From Flavicella sediminum (GTDB taxonomy: Bacteria; Bacteroidota; Bacteroidia; Flavobacteriales; Flavobacteriaceae): DNA of 64,000 nt. A program made the translations under genes and the position numbers. How positions within the stretch are numbered: the stretch's first letter is position 1; the number at the start of each line of letters is the position of its first letter. The stretch spans positions 965,578 through 1,029,577 of the forward strand of contig NZ_VDET01000002.1 in assembly GCF_006381105.1 (NCBI RefSeq), in the 5' to 3' direction. Below are positions 49,251-59,317 of the stretch, piece by piece. The notes under the pieces are model-generated. The model saw only the letters and a program-made list of their open reading frames with translations. It was not told the DNA's origin and made no database searches.

Positions 49251-50600
49251 ATGGATACTAAAAATATAGATCGATTATTTCAAGAAAAACTAAAGGATTT
49301 AGAAATGAGTCCAAGCCCTGCTGTGTGGTCCTCAATTGAAAGTTCCTTGGCTGCCAAAAAGAAAAAAAGAGTTGTTTTTTGGTGGTGGAGAACAGGAGCC
49401 GCTATTGCTGCGGTACTATTAATTGGTGTTTTATGGACCAAAATTCCCTACAATGACTCAAAAATAACTGCACCCAATTTTGAAAATACGATCACAGATT
49501 CTGAAGAAACAAAAATTGAATTAAAAACAATCTCTTCTCCTGCTTCTATAAAATCAACAATCGATACAGAACGAAAAACTGAAGAATTTAAAAGACCGAA
49601 AGCTGTTTCAGAAACGCTTGTTGCAACTGAAGAAATTCCTGAAATTAAAAAATCAGAAAACCCAAGTTTCACAAAATCAAAAACGAATTCTATCGCGGAA
49701 ACACCTCAAAAGGAAACCAACACAATCCTCTTAAAAAACAAGCAAGAAAAAAACATTTTTGAAACACTTGAAGCACAAAATCAAATAGAAGAAAAAACGG
49801 CTGTTGCAAATACGACAAAATTGCCTAACACGAAAAAGCTTACAAACATTGCTAAAATTGACTTAGAAGAAGCATTGAAAAAAAACGAACTACTTCCAAA
49901 GAAAAAAAACAACTGGATCATTGCGCCGAGTATTTCACAGCTTCGTCCAAGTAGTTTTTCTAACAATTCCTCTATTGATGAAAGTTTAGATGCCGCCACC
50001 AAAAAAGGAAATAACGGTTCTTCTTTTGGTGTCAAAATTGCTTTTCAAGCTTCCAACAAATGGCAATTACAATCAGGAATTCATCGTTTACAACTAGGGC
50101 AAACAACACAAAACATTGCCCTAAACAACAATTCACAAATTTCTTCCTTAGCCAACCTAAGTTTTAATGCTCCAAAATTTAGCGAAATAGCAAGTGATGT
50201 AGGAAAAACGGAGGAAAACTCGAAAGAGTTTGCTTCAAATAGTAATTCTGACTTAAAACAAACTTACGGATATATCGAGGTTCCTTTAGAAGTCAAATAC
50301 GCACTTCTTCAGTCTAAAAAATTAGAATTTCATTTGGTCAGCGGAATTAGTACTTTATTTTTAACCTCCAATAATTTACAAGTACAAAATGAAAACCTAT
50401 CGTACTCTATTGGAGAAGCTTCCAATTTAAACTCTGTAGATTTTAGCGTGAATTTTGGTACCGATTTAGAGTATCATTTTTCAAACAGATGGTTTTTTAA
50501 CATGGCGCCTATGCTAAAATTACAAACCAACACTTTTAACAGTTCATCCAACAAACCCTATTTCTTTGGGGTTTATACTGGCTTAAATTATAAGTTTTAA
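49251..50600 (+). CDS. Putative anti-sigma factor: cytoplasmic N-domain, single TM helix, and a long extracytoplasmic region ending in an OMP-like beta-barrel
   Basis: 449 aa. Starts 3 bp after the ECF gene. TM at VVFWWWRTGAAIAAVLLIGVLW. C-terminal alternating-hydrophobic strands ending ...YFFGVYTGLNYKF. Confidence 0.5.
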   Translation: MDTKNIDRLFQEKLKDLEMSPSPAVWSSIESSLAAKKKKRVVFWWWRTGAAIAAVLLIGVLWTKIPYNDSKITAPNFENTITDSEETKIELKTISSPASIKSTIDTERKTEEFKRPKAVSETLVATEEIPEIKKSENPSFTKSKTNSIAETPQKETNTILLKNKQEKNIFETLEAQNQIEEKTAVANTTKLPNTKKLTNIAKIDLEEALKKNELLPKKKNNWIIAPSISQLRPSSFSNNSSIDESLDAATKKGNNGSSFGVKIAFQASNKWQLQSGIHRLQLGQTTQNIALNNNSQISSLANLSFNAPKFSEIASDVGKTEENSKEFASNSNSDLKQTYGYIEVPLEVKYALLQSKKLEFHLVSGISTLFLTSNNLQVQNENLSYSIGEASNLNSVDFSVNFGTDLEYHFSNRWFFNMAPMLKLQTNTFNSSSNKPYFFGVYTGLNYKF

Positions 50601-50673
50601 ATCAAAAAAAAATGCATTGCGTTTCTCTTAACAGAAATTCACAATGCATTTTTTGAAACTTTTGGTTTACAAA

Positions 50674-53541
50674 CTATTTTGGCTGATAATTTTTATCCTT
50701 CGTCAAAATAAATTTATCAAACTCAAAACCATCTTCTCTCATAGAAAACGATACAATATACGTTCCTCTATTTTTAAACTCTAAATAAATTGAATTTGGT
50801 GTTCCACAGTGATTTTCAGGCACTCGTTGCGCAGAAGTCCAAGTCCATTTATTTTTACCAGCACATAACTGAATTCTAGCGCCACTTTCAGGCCAAGTTC
50901 CATTTACACCAACATGCAAACCATTGTCTTCCGGACCGCTTGAGTAGGCTTTTGTCCAAACATAATATTTTCCTGGTGACGTAATTTTTACTTTGTAAGA
51001 AACCACACCTCCAAAACCTGGTAATGGAAAGAAATTACCCCCTTTAATTAGCGGGTCTGCATGTGTTACACGGGTATCAGGCAAAGCCTCAATATAACTG
51101 TTTCCACTAGCCGTATCATAATGTTTTTCCAAATTTTCAAACGCCAATTTTTCGTTTTTAGAGCGCACAAACCATTCTCTTTCGGTACCATTTTTAGAAC
51201 TAAATTGAAAATTTTCTGCTTCTACTTCAATCACCCCATTTTTAGCGGTAAATGCTTTGGCGTTTTCTAATTTGCTACGCAATTGCAAACCTTCACCAGG
51301 CATTAAAATTAGACTACCCCATCTACCTCTAGACCATGCTGTTTCGTCATTTTCAGGAATTTTTCCATTGGTAACTGCTTTCGACAAAACTTCTATAATA
51401 TCATTTTTCGCCAAATAAAAAGCATCTACCTTAAGGTCCACTCTTTCAAAATCTTTTGACGTTTCAGGATTGGTAAATGTACCTACCTTATTTCCATTTA
51501 CTCTAATTTCGTAAACCGATTCTCCGTCGTTTTCCGTCATTGACTGAAACATGCCTTTGTACACCCCACTTTCTCCTTTAAAAACAGTGTAGGCCGCTGC
51601 AAACTTTGCTCGTTGATCTTTAGCACCTGCATTTATCGCCAAAGCCTTATTTCTATTGTCGACATAATACAAAGCCTCTGCATCTTTAGCAATGGTAAAA
51701 TCTTCTAGAGCCGACAAAACCACTCGTTTTGCAGGTCCACTCGTACTTTTTTGCGTCTTGGTATTTGTAATCAAGGCTACCCAATCTTTTTCTTTAGAAG
51801 GAGGAAATCCGATAGAAACTTTAGCACCTCCTCTGATGTATTTTACAGAACCTTTTTGAAGTTTACCACCAGTTCTAGGGTTGTACCACTTTACAGCAAA
51901 TTTCGCTTTTGTCCCTATTAAATTTAATTTTGTTTCTTTCACTTCTGGCAAATACACCAAATAGGTCGCACCATTTTCAGCAAGCACATAATCCTTCGGA
52001 TTGTCAGTCAATCCATCGGCAGATTTCATTTGTGCAAACGGTACATTATTTTGAAAGAATTCCAAAGCATAACGTGTCTGATCCCATAAAATATCTCTCG
52101 ATCTCCAATCTTCACATTTCAAATCGTTGTGTGCATATTTATAACCAAAATACCATTCTACTCCAGCACCACCTGCCATTAAATTCCCCCACAACACTTC
52201 ATGTCTAATTTCATTATGCTCTGGATCATCCGCGTCTGGTTTTGCTCCAGTTCCTGCAGGTCCTATTTCATCTTGACAAACCACCCAAGGTCTACCTGCA
52301 ACTTGCGAATCATTGATCCATTTTACAATTAAGCGGTGTACATCTTCTGGATGATGTGTTTGCATAGAAGGTCCATCTAAATAAGCATAGCCCAATAACG
52401 GATCTAAAAATAAATCTTGTGCTTTTGGATCGGCATGTGTATGTAAAACAACCAAATTCTTATAAGGATCGTGCGTTTTTATATATTTAGCCATGTCTTC
52501 TCTGTCTTTATCTGACTGTCCTTTAGGCGTCCAACTTAACGGTCCATTTTCTTCTCCTAAATTCCAAGTAACACCTAAATGATGTGCATAACGAGCTATC
52601 AATTCACGATAATATAATTTTCGTTGCACCCCAAGCTCACCAATGTCCAACAGCAATTCATTTTCTGTTTCCTGAGTAACAATATGCATCATTAACCCCA
52701 ATGTTTCCATATGATCAAAAACAACTTCCCATTGATCTAATTTACTACAGTCAAAACGATAGCGCTCATTCATATCTGTCCAAGGCCAAACATCTTTTCC
52801 ATCACCTTGCACATTCATTGTTAAGAAATAAACGGCATTCATTCCTTTAGAACTTAAATAATTTAAAGCCCCAATCATATTTTTTCCTTTGCCATTTTTC
52901 CAAGTCGGATCACCATTTTTCCAATCTTGAGCATGTGCAGCGTATTTATGTGAAGGTTTTGTTTGGTCAAATTCGTAGTATCCCAAAAAACTTTCCGGGC
53001 TATCGGCTCCACCTTTTAAGAAATATTCTTTGGTTTCTTCAAACTGAAGATATCTTTTGTTTACATAATTCAAACGCCCTTTGGCTCTAAAGTCCTTTCC
53101 TTTTTTATCAGATTTTCCAATAGAAATTTTTCCAGAAGCACCATCAAACATAGCAGGTTCACCGGCATTTTTATCATCACTAATAGCTATTTGTTTTCCT
53201 TTTCTAAAAGAAGTCGTATAGGTCCATTCTCCAATTTTATCAGGTGTAAAGCGTACTTGCCATACTTTTCCTGAGTTGGCACTTGACTCTGCGGCATTCC
53301 CATCTGCAGCATAAAAACCAGGAATTACATAGGTCTTTTCTCCATTTGTAAAGGTTACATTCAAACGATAATTTAAAAAAGGATTTTCTTCCGAATACTC
53401 AGCAATTTCATCACCAGAAAAACTAAGTGTTACCTTATGCCATTTTTTTAATTCACCGTTTATTTGAACTGTACTATTTTGTGCAAAAAGATTCAAGGAG
53501 GAAAAGAAGACCAAGCCTAAAATCAAACCAATTTTTTTCAT
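50674..53541 (-). CDS. Secreted multidomain glycoside hydrolase (N-terminal DUF5060-like beta-sandwich, GH-A-clan TIM barrel, C-terminal carbohydrate-binding-like domains)
   Basis: 955 aa, signal peptide. The TIM-barrel region contains NE and E catalytic-pair candidates (WNLGEENGP...). Domain assignment is approximate. Confidence 0.45.
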   Translation of the reverse strand: MKKIGLILGLVFFSSLNLFAQNSTVQINGELKKWHKVTLSFSGDEIAEYSEENPFLNYRLNVTFTNGEKTYVIPGFYAADGNAAESSANSGKVWQVRFTPDKIGEWTYTTSFRKGKQIAISDDKNAGEPAMFDGASGKISIGKSDKKGKDFRAKGRLNYVNKRYLQFEETKEYFLKGGADSPESFLGYYEFDQTKPSHKYAAHAQDWKNGDPTWKNGKGKNMIGALNYLSSKGMNAVYFLTMNVQGDGKDVWPWTDMNERYRFDCSKLDQWEVVFDHMETLGLMMHIVTQETENELLLDIGELGVQRKLYYRELIARYAHHLGVTWNLGEENGPLSWTPKGQSDKDREDMAKYIKTHDPYKNLVVLHTHADPKAQDLFLDPLLGYAYLDGPSMQTHHPEDVHRLIVKWINDSQVAGRPWVVCQDEIGPAGTGAKPDADDPEHNEIRHEVLWGNLMAGGAGVEWYFGYKYAHNDLKCEDWRSRDILWDQTRYALEFFQNNVPFAQMKSADGLTDNPKDYVLAENGATYLVYLPEVKETKLNLIGTKAKFAVKWYNPRTGGKLQKGSVKYIRGGAKVSIGFPPSKEKDWVALITNTKTQKSTSGPAKRVVLSALEDFTIAKDAEALYYVDNRNKALAINAGAKDQRAKFAAAYTVFKGESGVYKGMFQSMTENDGESVYEIRVNGNKVGTFTNPETSKDFERVDLKVDAFYLAKNDIIEVLSKAVTNGKIPENDETAWSRGRWGSLILMPGEGLQLRSKLENAKAFTAKNGVIEVEAENFQFSSKNGTEREWFVRSKNEKLAFENLEKHYDTASGNSYIEALPDTRVTHADPLIKGGNFFPLPGFGGVVSYKVKITSPGKYYVWTKAYSSGPEDNGLHVGVNGTWPESGARIQLCAGKNKWTWTSAQRVPENHCGTPNSIYLEFKNRGTYIVSFSMREDGFEFDKFILTKDKNYQPK

Positions 53542-53666
53542 ACTTTCTACTATATTTAAGGTTTAAGAGCTGCAAAATACTAAAAAGTTAGAGCTCATTC
53601 CCCCTATCTTAAAAAGAAAAAGAGCGCAATAAATTGCACTCTTTTTACTATTCGGTTGGTTAAAAA

Positions 53667-54026
53667 TTATTTTTCAGCTCCCAAAACGTCTTTAATCAAT
53701 CTTTCTAATTCTTGTTTTGGCAATGCACCTTGCGCCATTTGAGGTTCTGTACCTACAGGGCAAAACAACATAGAAGGAATGCTTCTAATACCAAAAGCAG
53801 CAGACAATTCTTGCTCTGCTTCTGTATCTACTTTATAAATATTTATTTTTCCTGCATATTCTTCACTTAAAACTTCTAAAACTGGAGCAATTGACTTGCA
53901 TGGGCCACACCAATCTGCATAAAAATCTATGATACAAGGTATTTCTCCTTTGAAATTCCAATCTTTACTTTCTTCGAAATTAAAAACCTTTTCAAAAAAA
54001 GATTCTTTTGTCAATAATTCTGTCAT
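53667..54026 (-). CDS. Thioredoxin
   Basis: 119 aa from the ATG at 54024-54026. WCGPC active site. Confidence 0.8.
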   Translation of the reverse strand: MTELLTKESFFEKVFNFEESKDWNFKGEIPCIIDFYADWCGPCKSIAPVLEVLSEEYAGKINIYKVDTEAEQELSAAFGIRSIPSMLFCPVGTEPQMAQGALPKQELERLIKDVLGAEK

Positions 54027-54153
54027 TTTTCTTTGATTTAATTTAGCATTTGGTCGTAAAATTACCGCAATCTTACAGCGCACAAATATGATATTTATCA
54101 GTATAATAAACTATCTTTGTTGCCTAAAAATTAGAATCTTTTAGTTCGCAATT

Positions 54154-55509
54154 ATGAATAGAGCAAAAACTATAAAACATTCAGAATTTGTATTGATTGG
54201 TGGAGGTATCATGAGTGCTACTTTGGCCATTTTATTGTATGAAAAATTCCCTGGAAAAAAAATTACTGTTATTGAAAAATTGCCTAAAATGGCAGAAGAG
54301 AGCTCTGAAGCTTGGAACAATGCAGGTACAGGACACGCAGGAAACTGTGAGTTGAATTATACTCCGGAAAAAAAGGGGGTTATAGATACTAGTAAAGCTG
54401 TTAAAACAGCGGAACAATTTAATGAAACTTTGCAATTTTGGAAAGATTGTGCCGAAAAAGGATACATCCATAGCTTGTCTAAATGTATTTCAAAAGTACC
54501 GCATATTAGTTTTGTTGAAGGAAAAAAAGATGTGGCTTTCTTAGAAAAAAGACACAAACTTTTGAAAGAGATTTCTCATTACAAAGAAATGATCTTTAGC
54601 AAGGACATTGATGAAATTAAAAAATGGATTCCTTTGATGATGGAAGGCAGGGATAAAAAAGATCCTATTGCTGCTACCTATATGGAAGAAGGCTACGATG
54701 TGAATTTTGGTGAAATTGCAGAACAAATATTTCGCTTTTTAGGAAGACAAGAACATGTTGAGTTGGTTAACCATAGCAATGTATACAATCTTCAAAAAAC
54801 AAAAAATAAACGTTGGTTACTTACTATTAAAGGACAAAATGTTGGAAAACATTGGAATTTAGTAGCCAATTATTTATTTATTGGTGCTGGTGGTGGCGCT
54901 TTATCTTTATTAGAGAAATCTAAAATTAAAGAAGCTAGAGGTTATGGAGGTTTTCCTATTAGTGGCTTATGGTTGCGTTGTACAAATCCTGAAATTATTG
55001 ACCAACACCATGCAAAAGTTTATGGTAAAGCAAAAAAAGGAGCACCCCCAATGTCTGTTCCACACATGGATACCAGAATGATCAACGGTCGTAAAGAATT
55101 GCTTTTTGGACCGTATGCTGGATTTACAACTAAATTCTTAAAACATGGTTCTATGTTCGACTTACCTAAGTCGGTAGAATTTGACAATATTATGAGTTTA
55201 TTAGGAGCTGGATACCACAATTTACCTTTGGTAGGTTATTTGGTAAAACAAGTCAGCTTAAAATTTAAAGATCGTATGGACATGCTTCGTGAATTTTATC
55301 CAGATGCACAAGACGATGATTGGAAATTAGTGGTTGCCGGACAGAGAGTTCAGATTATTAAAAAAGATAAAAAAGGTTTTGGTAAATTGGAATTTGGTAC
55401 AGAAATAATTGTTTCAAAAGACAAAACCATTGCTGCTTTATTAGGAGCCTCACCTGGCGCTTCAACATCTTATTCCGTAATGCAAAAAGTGATCAAAAAA
55501 TGCTTTTAA
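54154..55509 (+). CDS. mqo: Malate:quinone oxidoreductase
   Basis: 451 aa. FAD-binding fold FVLIGGGIMSATLAILL. Mqo-typical ...GASPGASTS near the C-terminus. Confidence 0.8.
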   Translation: MNRAKTIKHSEFVLIGGGIMSATLAILLYEKFPGKKITVIEKLPKMAEESSEAWNNAGTGHAGNCELNYTPEKKGVIDTSKAVKTAEQFNETLQFWKDCAEKGYIHSLSKCISKVPHISFVEGKKDVAFLEKRHKLLKEISHYKEMIFSKDIDEIKKWIPLMMEGRDKKDPIAATYMEEGYDVNFGEIAEQIFRFLGRQEHVELVNHSNVYNLQKTKNKRWLLTIKGQNVGKHWNLVANYLFIGAGGGALSLLEKSKIKEARGYGGFPISGLWLRCTNPEIIDQHHAKVYGKAKKGAPPMSVPHMDTRMINGRKELLFGPYAGFTTKFLKHGSMFDLPKSVEFDNIMSLLGAGYHNLPLVGYLVKQVSLKFKDRMDMLREFYPDAQDDDWKLVVAGQRVQIIKKDKKGFGKLEFGTEIIVSKDKTIAALLGASPGASTSYSVMQKVIKKCF

Positions 55510-55530
55510 ACGAGTACTAAATAGACAACA

Positions 55531-55568
55531 AAAAGACCTAACAGATTTTATACTGTTAGGTCTTTTTT
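55531..55568. terminator. Bidirectional intrinsic terminator (mqo / greA-like, convergent)
   Basis: A4-AGACCTAACAG-attttatac-CTGTTAGGTCT-T6. Shares the 11-nt stem AGACCTAACAG with the terminator at 28021. Confidence 0.6.
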
Positions 55569-55570
55569 AT

Positions 55571-56029
55571 TTAGAGCAAAGATTCAATAACAAAATTTCT
55601 TCCTTGAAACAAAAAGCTTTCTTTATTCTTTTTACCCAATAACAACCTACCAATTGGTGAACTTGGAGATATGGCATAATAGGCTTCCCCTTCTACAGAA
55701 ATTTTTCCTGAACTGATGGCCATAAAATAATTGGCTACATTTGTTTTTACTACAGAACCCAAGCGGACTAACGCTGTATTTTCTTCCAAATTTACGCGTT
55801 CCAATAACAGCTTCATTTGCTGAACCTCTTTAAGCTGTTGCCCTGCTTTTTCCATTTCTAATTGCAACATGGCTCTTCCTGTTTCATGCTTATCACCAGC
55901 AGAGCTTTTTGTTTCAGAATTCAGGTCTTCTTGATTTGATTTAATCGTACTTTCTATAGTGTACAACTTCTGTGTTACAAAATCTTTACAACTCCTGTAA
56001 AGGACTTCTTTTAAGGTTTTACTACTCAT
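55571..56029 (-). CDS. GreA/GreB-family transcript-cleavage-factor-like protein
   Basis: 152 aa. The C-terminal FKBP-like domain carries the Gre signature ISPSSPIGRLLLGKKNKE. The N-terminal part looks coiled-coil. Confidence 0.5.
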   Translation of the reverse strand: MSSKTLKEVLYRSCKDFVTQKLYTIESTIKSNQEDLNSETKSSAGDKHETGRAMLQLEMEKAGQQLKEVQQMKLLLERVNLEENTALVRLGSVVKTNVANYFMAISSGKISVEGEAYYAISPSSPIGRLLLGKKNKESFLFQGRNFVIESLL

Positions 56030-56064
56030 CTTTTTTTTATTGTAAATTCAGAATTAGAACTAGA

Positions 56065-57180
56065 TTACGAATTAAAATCAAATTTTAATTGAACATCCAT
56101 TATTTTTTCTTTTTCCTGTGAATTGATATTCAAATTGGTGACTGAAATTCCTAACAAACGTACAGAATTATTCATTTCATCTTGAAATAGCAATTCTTTT
56201 ACGGTTTCTAAAAGCATGGATTTATCTTTGACAAAATACGGCAAAGTTCTACTTCTGGTTTGCTGGGTAAAATCGCTGTATTTAATTTTTAAGGTAATGG
56301 TTTTGGCAGCAACATTGGTTTTCAGCAATCTTCTTTCTAATTCTTCTGCAATTTTTTCTAGCTTTTCTAGCATATAAATTTCCGAAGTTAGGTTTTCTGT
56401 AAAAGTATGCTCCGCTGCTACCGACTTTCGAATTCGATGCGACTTTACCTCACTGTTATGAATTCCTCGAACAATCTGATAATAATAGCTTCCTGAATTT
56501 TTAAAATGCTTTGTCAAAAACTCTTCCGATTTACTTTTTAAATCCTTTCCCGTAAAAACACCCAAACTGTACATTTTCTTTTGGGTAACTTTTCCTATTC
56601 CATAAAATTTTTCAATGGCCAGATCTTCTAAAAACTCAAGAATTTCTTCTTGGGGAATTGTTTTTTGACCGTTAGGCTTATTAATATCTGAAGCTATTTT
56701 GGCTACAAATTTATTTACTGAAATACCCGCAGAAGCCGTTAAACCGACTTCTTTAAAAATTCGTTGTCGAATTTCTTCTGCAATTAAAGTCGCCGATGGA
56801 TTGTTTTTTTTATTATTTGTAACATCCAAATACGCCTCATCTAAGGAAAGTGGCTCTACCAGATCGGTATACTCAAAAAATATTTTTTTTATTTGGGAAG
56901 AAATTTCTTTGTAGCGCGCAAAATTAGCAGGCACAAAAATTAATTCTGGACATAATTTTTTTGCTAGCGCACCAGCCATTGCTGAGCGTACTCCAAATTT
57001 ACGAGCCTCATAACTAGCCGCCGAAACGACACCACGAATTTCACCTCCACTTACAGCAATAGGCTTTCCTCTTAAATCAGGATTGTCTAACTGCTCAACA
57101 GAAGCGAAAAAAGCATCCATATCTACATGGATAATTTTTCTTGAATTTATATCAGTCGTTTGCAAAAAAATATTTTTCAC
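56065..57180 (-). CDS. dinB: DNA polymerase IV (Y-family)
   Basis: 371 aa, KIIHVDMDAFFASVEQLDNPDLRGKPIAV. The track start is a GTG. An ATG (MDAFF) at 57118-57120 is the alternative start. Confidence 0.85.
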   Translation of the reverse strand: MKNIFLQTTDINSRKIIHVDMDAFFASVEQLDNPDLRGKPIAVSGGEIRGVVSAASYEARKFGVRSAMAGALAKKLCPELIFVPANFARYKEISSQIKKIFFEYTDLVEPLSLDEAYLDVTNNKKNNPSATLIAEEIRQRIFKEVGLTASAGISVNKFVAKIASDINKPNGQKTIPQEEILEFLEDLAIEKFYGIGKVTQKKMYSLGVFTGKDLKSKSEEFLTKHFKNSGSYYYQIVRGIHNSEVKSHRIRKSVAAEHTFTENLTSEIYMLEKLEKIAEELERRLLKTNVAAKTITLKIKYSDFTQQTRSRTLPYFVKDKSMLLETVKELLFQDEMNNSVRLLGISVTNLNINSQEKEKIMDVQLKFDFNS

Positions 57181-57245
57181 AAAGCTAAAACAAAAAAGGC
57201 TGTCTTTGCAGACAGCCTTCTTCCTAATTCAGATAATTTAAACAA

Positions 57246-58868
57246 TTATACATGATCTAAATGATGGTGCTCATCAATTAGGGGACCTCCTTCAATAATT
57301 ACATCTGAAGCTTGCTCAGAGAATTTTTCGAAGTTTAAGTGGAATGAATGCGCTAATTGAATTGATTTACTAATGTAGGCTCCTTTTTGCAACCAAGTAT
57401 TCATTGGATCCAAAATTTCTGTAGGTACATTAGGACAATATTTAGGCATATTCAATCCGAATATAGGGTGTTGATCGTAATCTACTTTGTCTAATTCTCC
57501 TTGAAGAATTGCAGTAATCATTGCTCTTGTGTATTTCAATTTAATACGAGAACCTACGCCGTGAGGACCTCCACTCCATCCAGTATTGATCAACCAAACA
57601 TTCACACCTGCTTCCTGCATTTTTTTACTCAACATTTCAGCATAAACAGTTGGGTGTAATGGCATAAATGGCGATCCAAAACAAGCTGAGAAGGATGGTA
57701 CTGGCTCTGTAATTCCTGCTTCTGTACCCGCAACTTTAGCCGTATAACCAGATATAAAGTGATATGCTGCTTGACCTGGAGTTAATTTTGACACTGGAGG
57801 TAAAACACCAAAAGCATCACACGTTAAAAAGAAAATATTTTTAGGATTGTTTGCATAAGAAGGAACTGCAATATTGTCAATATGATCAATTGGGTAACTT
57901 ACACGAGTATTTTGCGTGATAGATCCATCCATATAGTCAACAGTACCGTCTTCTTTAAAAACAACATTTTCTAACAAAGCACCTGGCTTAATTGCTCTAA
58001 AAATATCTGGTTCTTTTTCTTCACTTAAATCAATAACCTTGGCATAGCAACCTCCCTCAAAATTAAAAATATTATTTTCTGAAGTCCAACCATGCTCATC
58101 ATCACCAATTAATTTACGACTTGGATCGGCAGATAAAGTTGTTTTACCAGTTCCTGAAAGTCCGAAGAAAATAGCGGTATCTCCATCTTCACCAACATTT
58201 GCTGAACAGTGCATTGGCAACACATCTTTCTCTGTAGGTAAAATCATATTCAAGGCAGAGAAAATACCTTTTTTCATTTCACCTGTATAAGCTGAACCAC
58301 CAATTAAGGCAATCTTTTTTGTAAAGTTTAAAATAGAAAAATTTGCCTGACGTGTTCCATGAACCGCTGGATCAGCTTCAAATCCTGGTGCGCATAAAAT
58401 CAACCACTCTTCTTTAAAATTTTGTTTTTCAGATTCTTCTAATCTAAGAAACATGCTATTTACAAAGAAATTAGACCAAGGATATTCTGTAACGGAACGT
58501 ACATTCATTTTGTATTTAGGATCTGCACAAACATATCCGTCTCTTGCATATATTTCTTTACCTGATAAATAGTCTACAATCGCTTCTTGTAATACATCAA
58601 ATTTTTCTGGCGCGAAAGGTTTGTTTACTTTTCCCCACCAAACTCTATCAGCTGTATATTCATCTTTTACTAAGTATCGATCTTGAGGAGATCTTCCTGT
58701 AAATTTACCTGTATTAACCGCTAAAGTGCCGTTCAATGTTTCTTTACCCATTCCCTTTTCAACAGTAATTTTCTGAAGTTCTGCAGGAGAAAGATTCCAT
58801 TGTACAGTTGCATTTTTAATACCGTACTGTTCTAAACTTGCGCTTTGTTTTTCTAATAAATCTTGCAT
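57246..58868 (-). CDS. pckA: Phosphoenolpyruvate carboxykinase (ATP)
   Basis: 540 aa. Kinase-1a P-loop GLSGTGKTTLS. PCK-specific motifs. Confidence 0.95.
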   Translation of the reverse strand: MQDLLEKQSASLEQYGIKNATVQWNLSPAELQKITVEKGMGKETLNGTLAVNTGKFTGRSPQDRYLVKDEYTADRVWWGKVNKPFAPEKFDVLQEAIVDYLSGKEIYARDGYVCADPKYKMNVRSVTEYPWSNFFVNSMFLRLEESEKQNFKEEWLILCAPGFEADPAVHGTRQANFSILNFTKKIALIGGSAYTGEMKKGIFSALNMILPTEKDVLPMHCSANVGEDGDTAIFFGLSGTGKTTLSADPSRKLIGDDEHGWTSENNIFNFEGGCYAKVIDLSEEKEPDIFRAIKPGALLENVVFKEDGTVDYMDGSITQNTRVSYPIDHIDNIAVPSYANNPKNIFFLTCDAFGVLPPVSKLTPGQAAYHFISGYTAKVAGTEAGITEPVPSFSACFGSPFMPLHPTVYAEMLSKKMQEAGVNVWLINTGWSGGPHGVGSRIKLKYTRAMITAILQGELDKVDYDQHPIFGLNMPKYCPNVPTEILDPMNTWLQKGAYISKSIQLAHSFHLNFEKFSEQASDVIIEGGPLIDEHHHLDHV

Positions 58869-59317
58869 AATATTTAAATTAATATTCTATAATTAGGAAG
58901 ATCTGAGACTTCAAGCTTATAGAATTGGTTATAAAACTTATGTAAATTTACAACCACATTGCCCCCATAAACATGACAATTATCAGTCTAAAAAAAAAAC
59001 TACGAAACGGTTTTAGTAACTAATTATCAATAACTTACAAAAATCACATTAGGTTTTGTATTTTTAATTCTTGTTCTATTTTTTTTAGAAAAAAACTAAT
59101 GGATTTACACTTACTTAACCACAAGACTAGATGCTCTATTTACTTATCGAATTATATTCCTGTAGCAACTTCGCATAGAATAAAGCGAACAAAAAATTCC
59201 TAAGAAAAACTATACACTACCTCTACATTAATGTTTTTATCAAACATTCTGATTTAAAATCATTATATTTAGTTTATCAACAAAACCAGTAGATAACTAA
59301 ACTTTAAAGATTTTATT

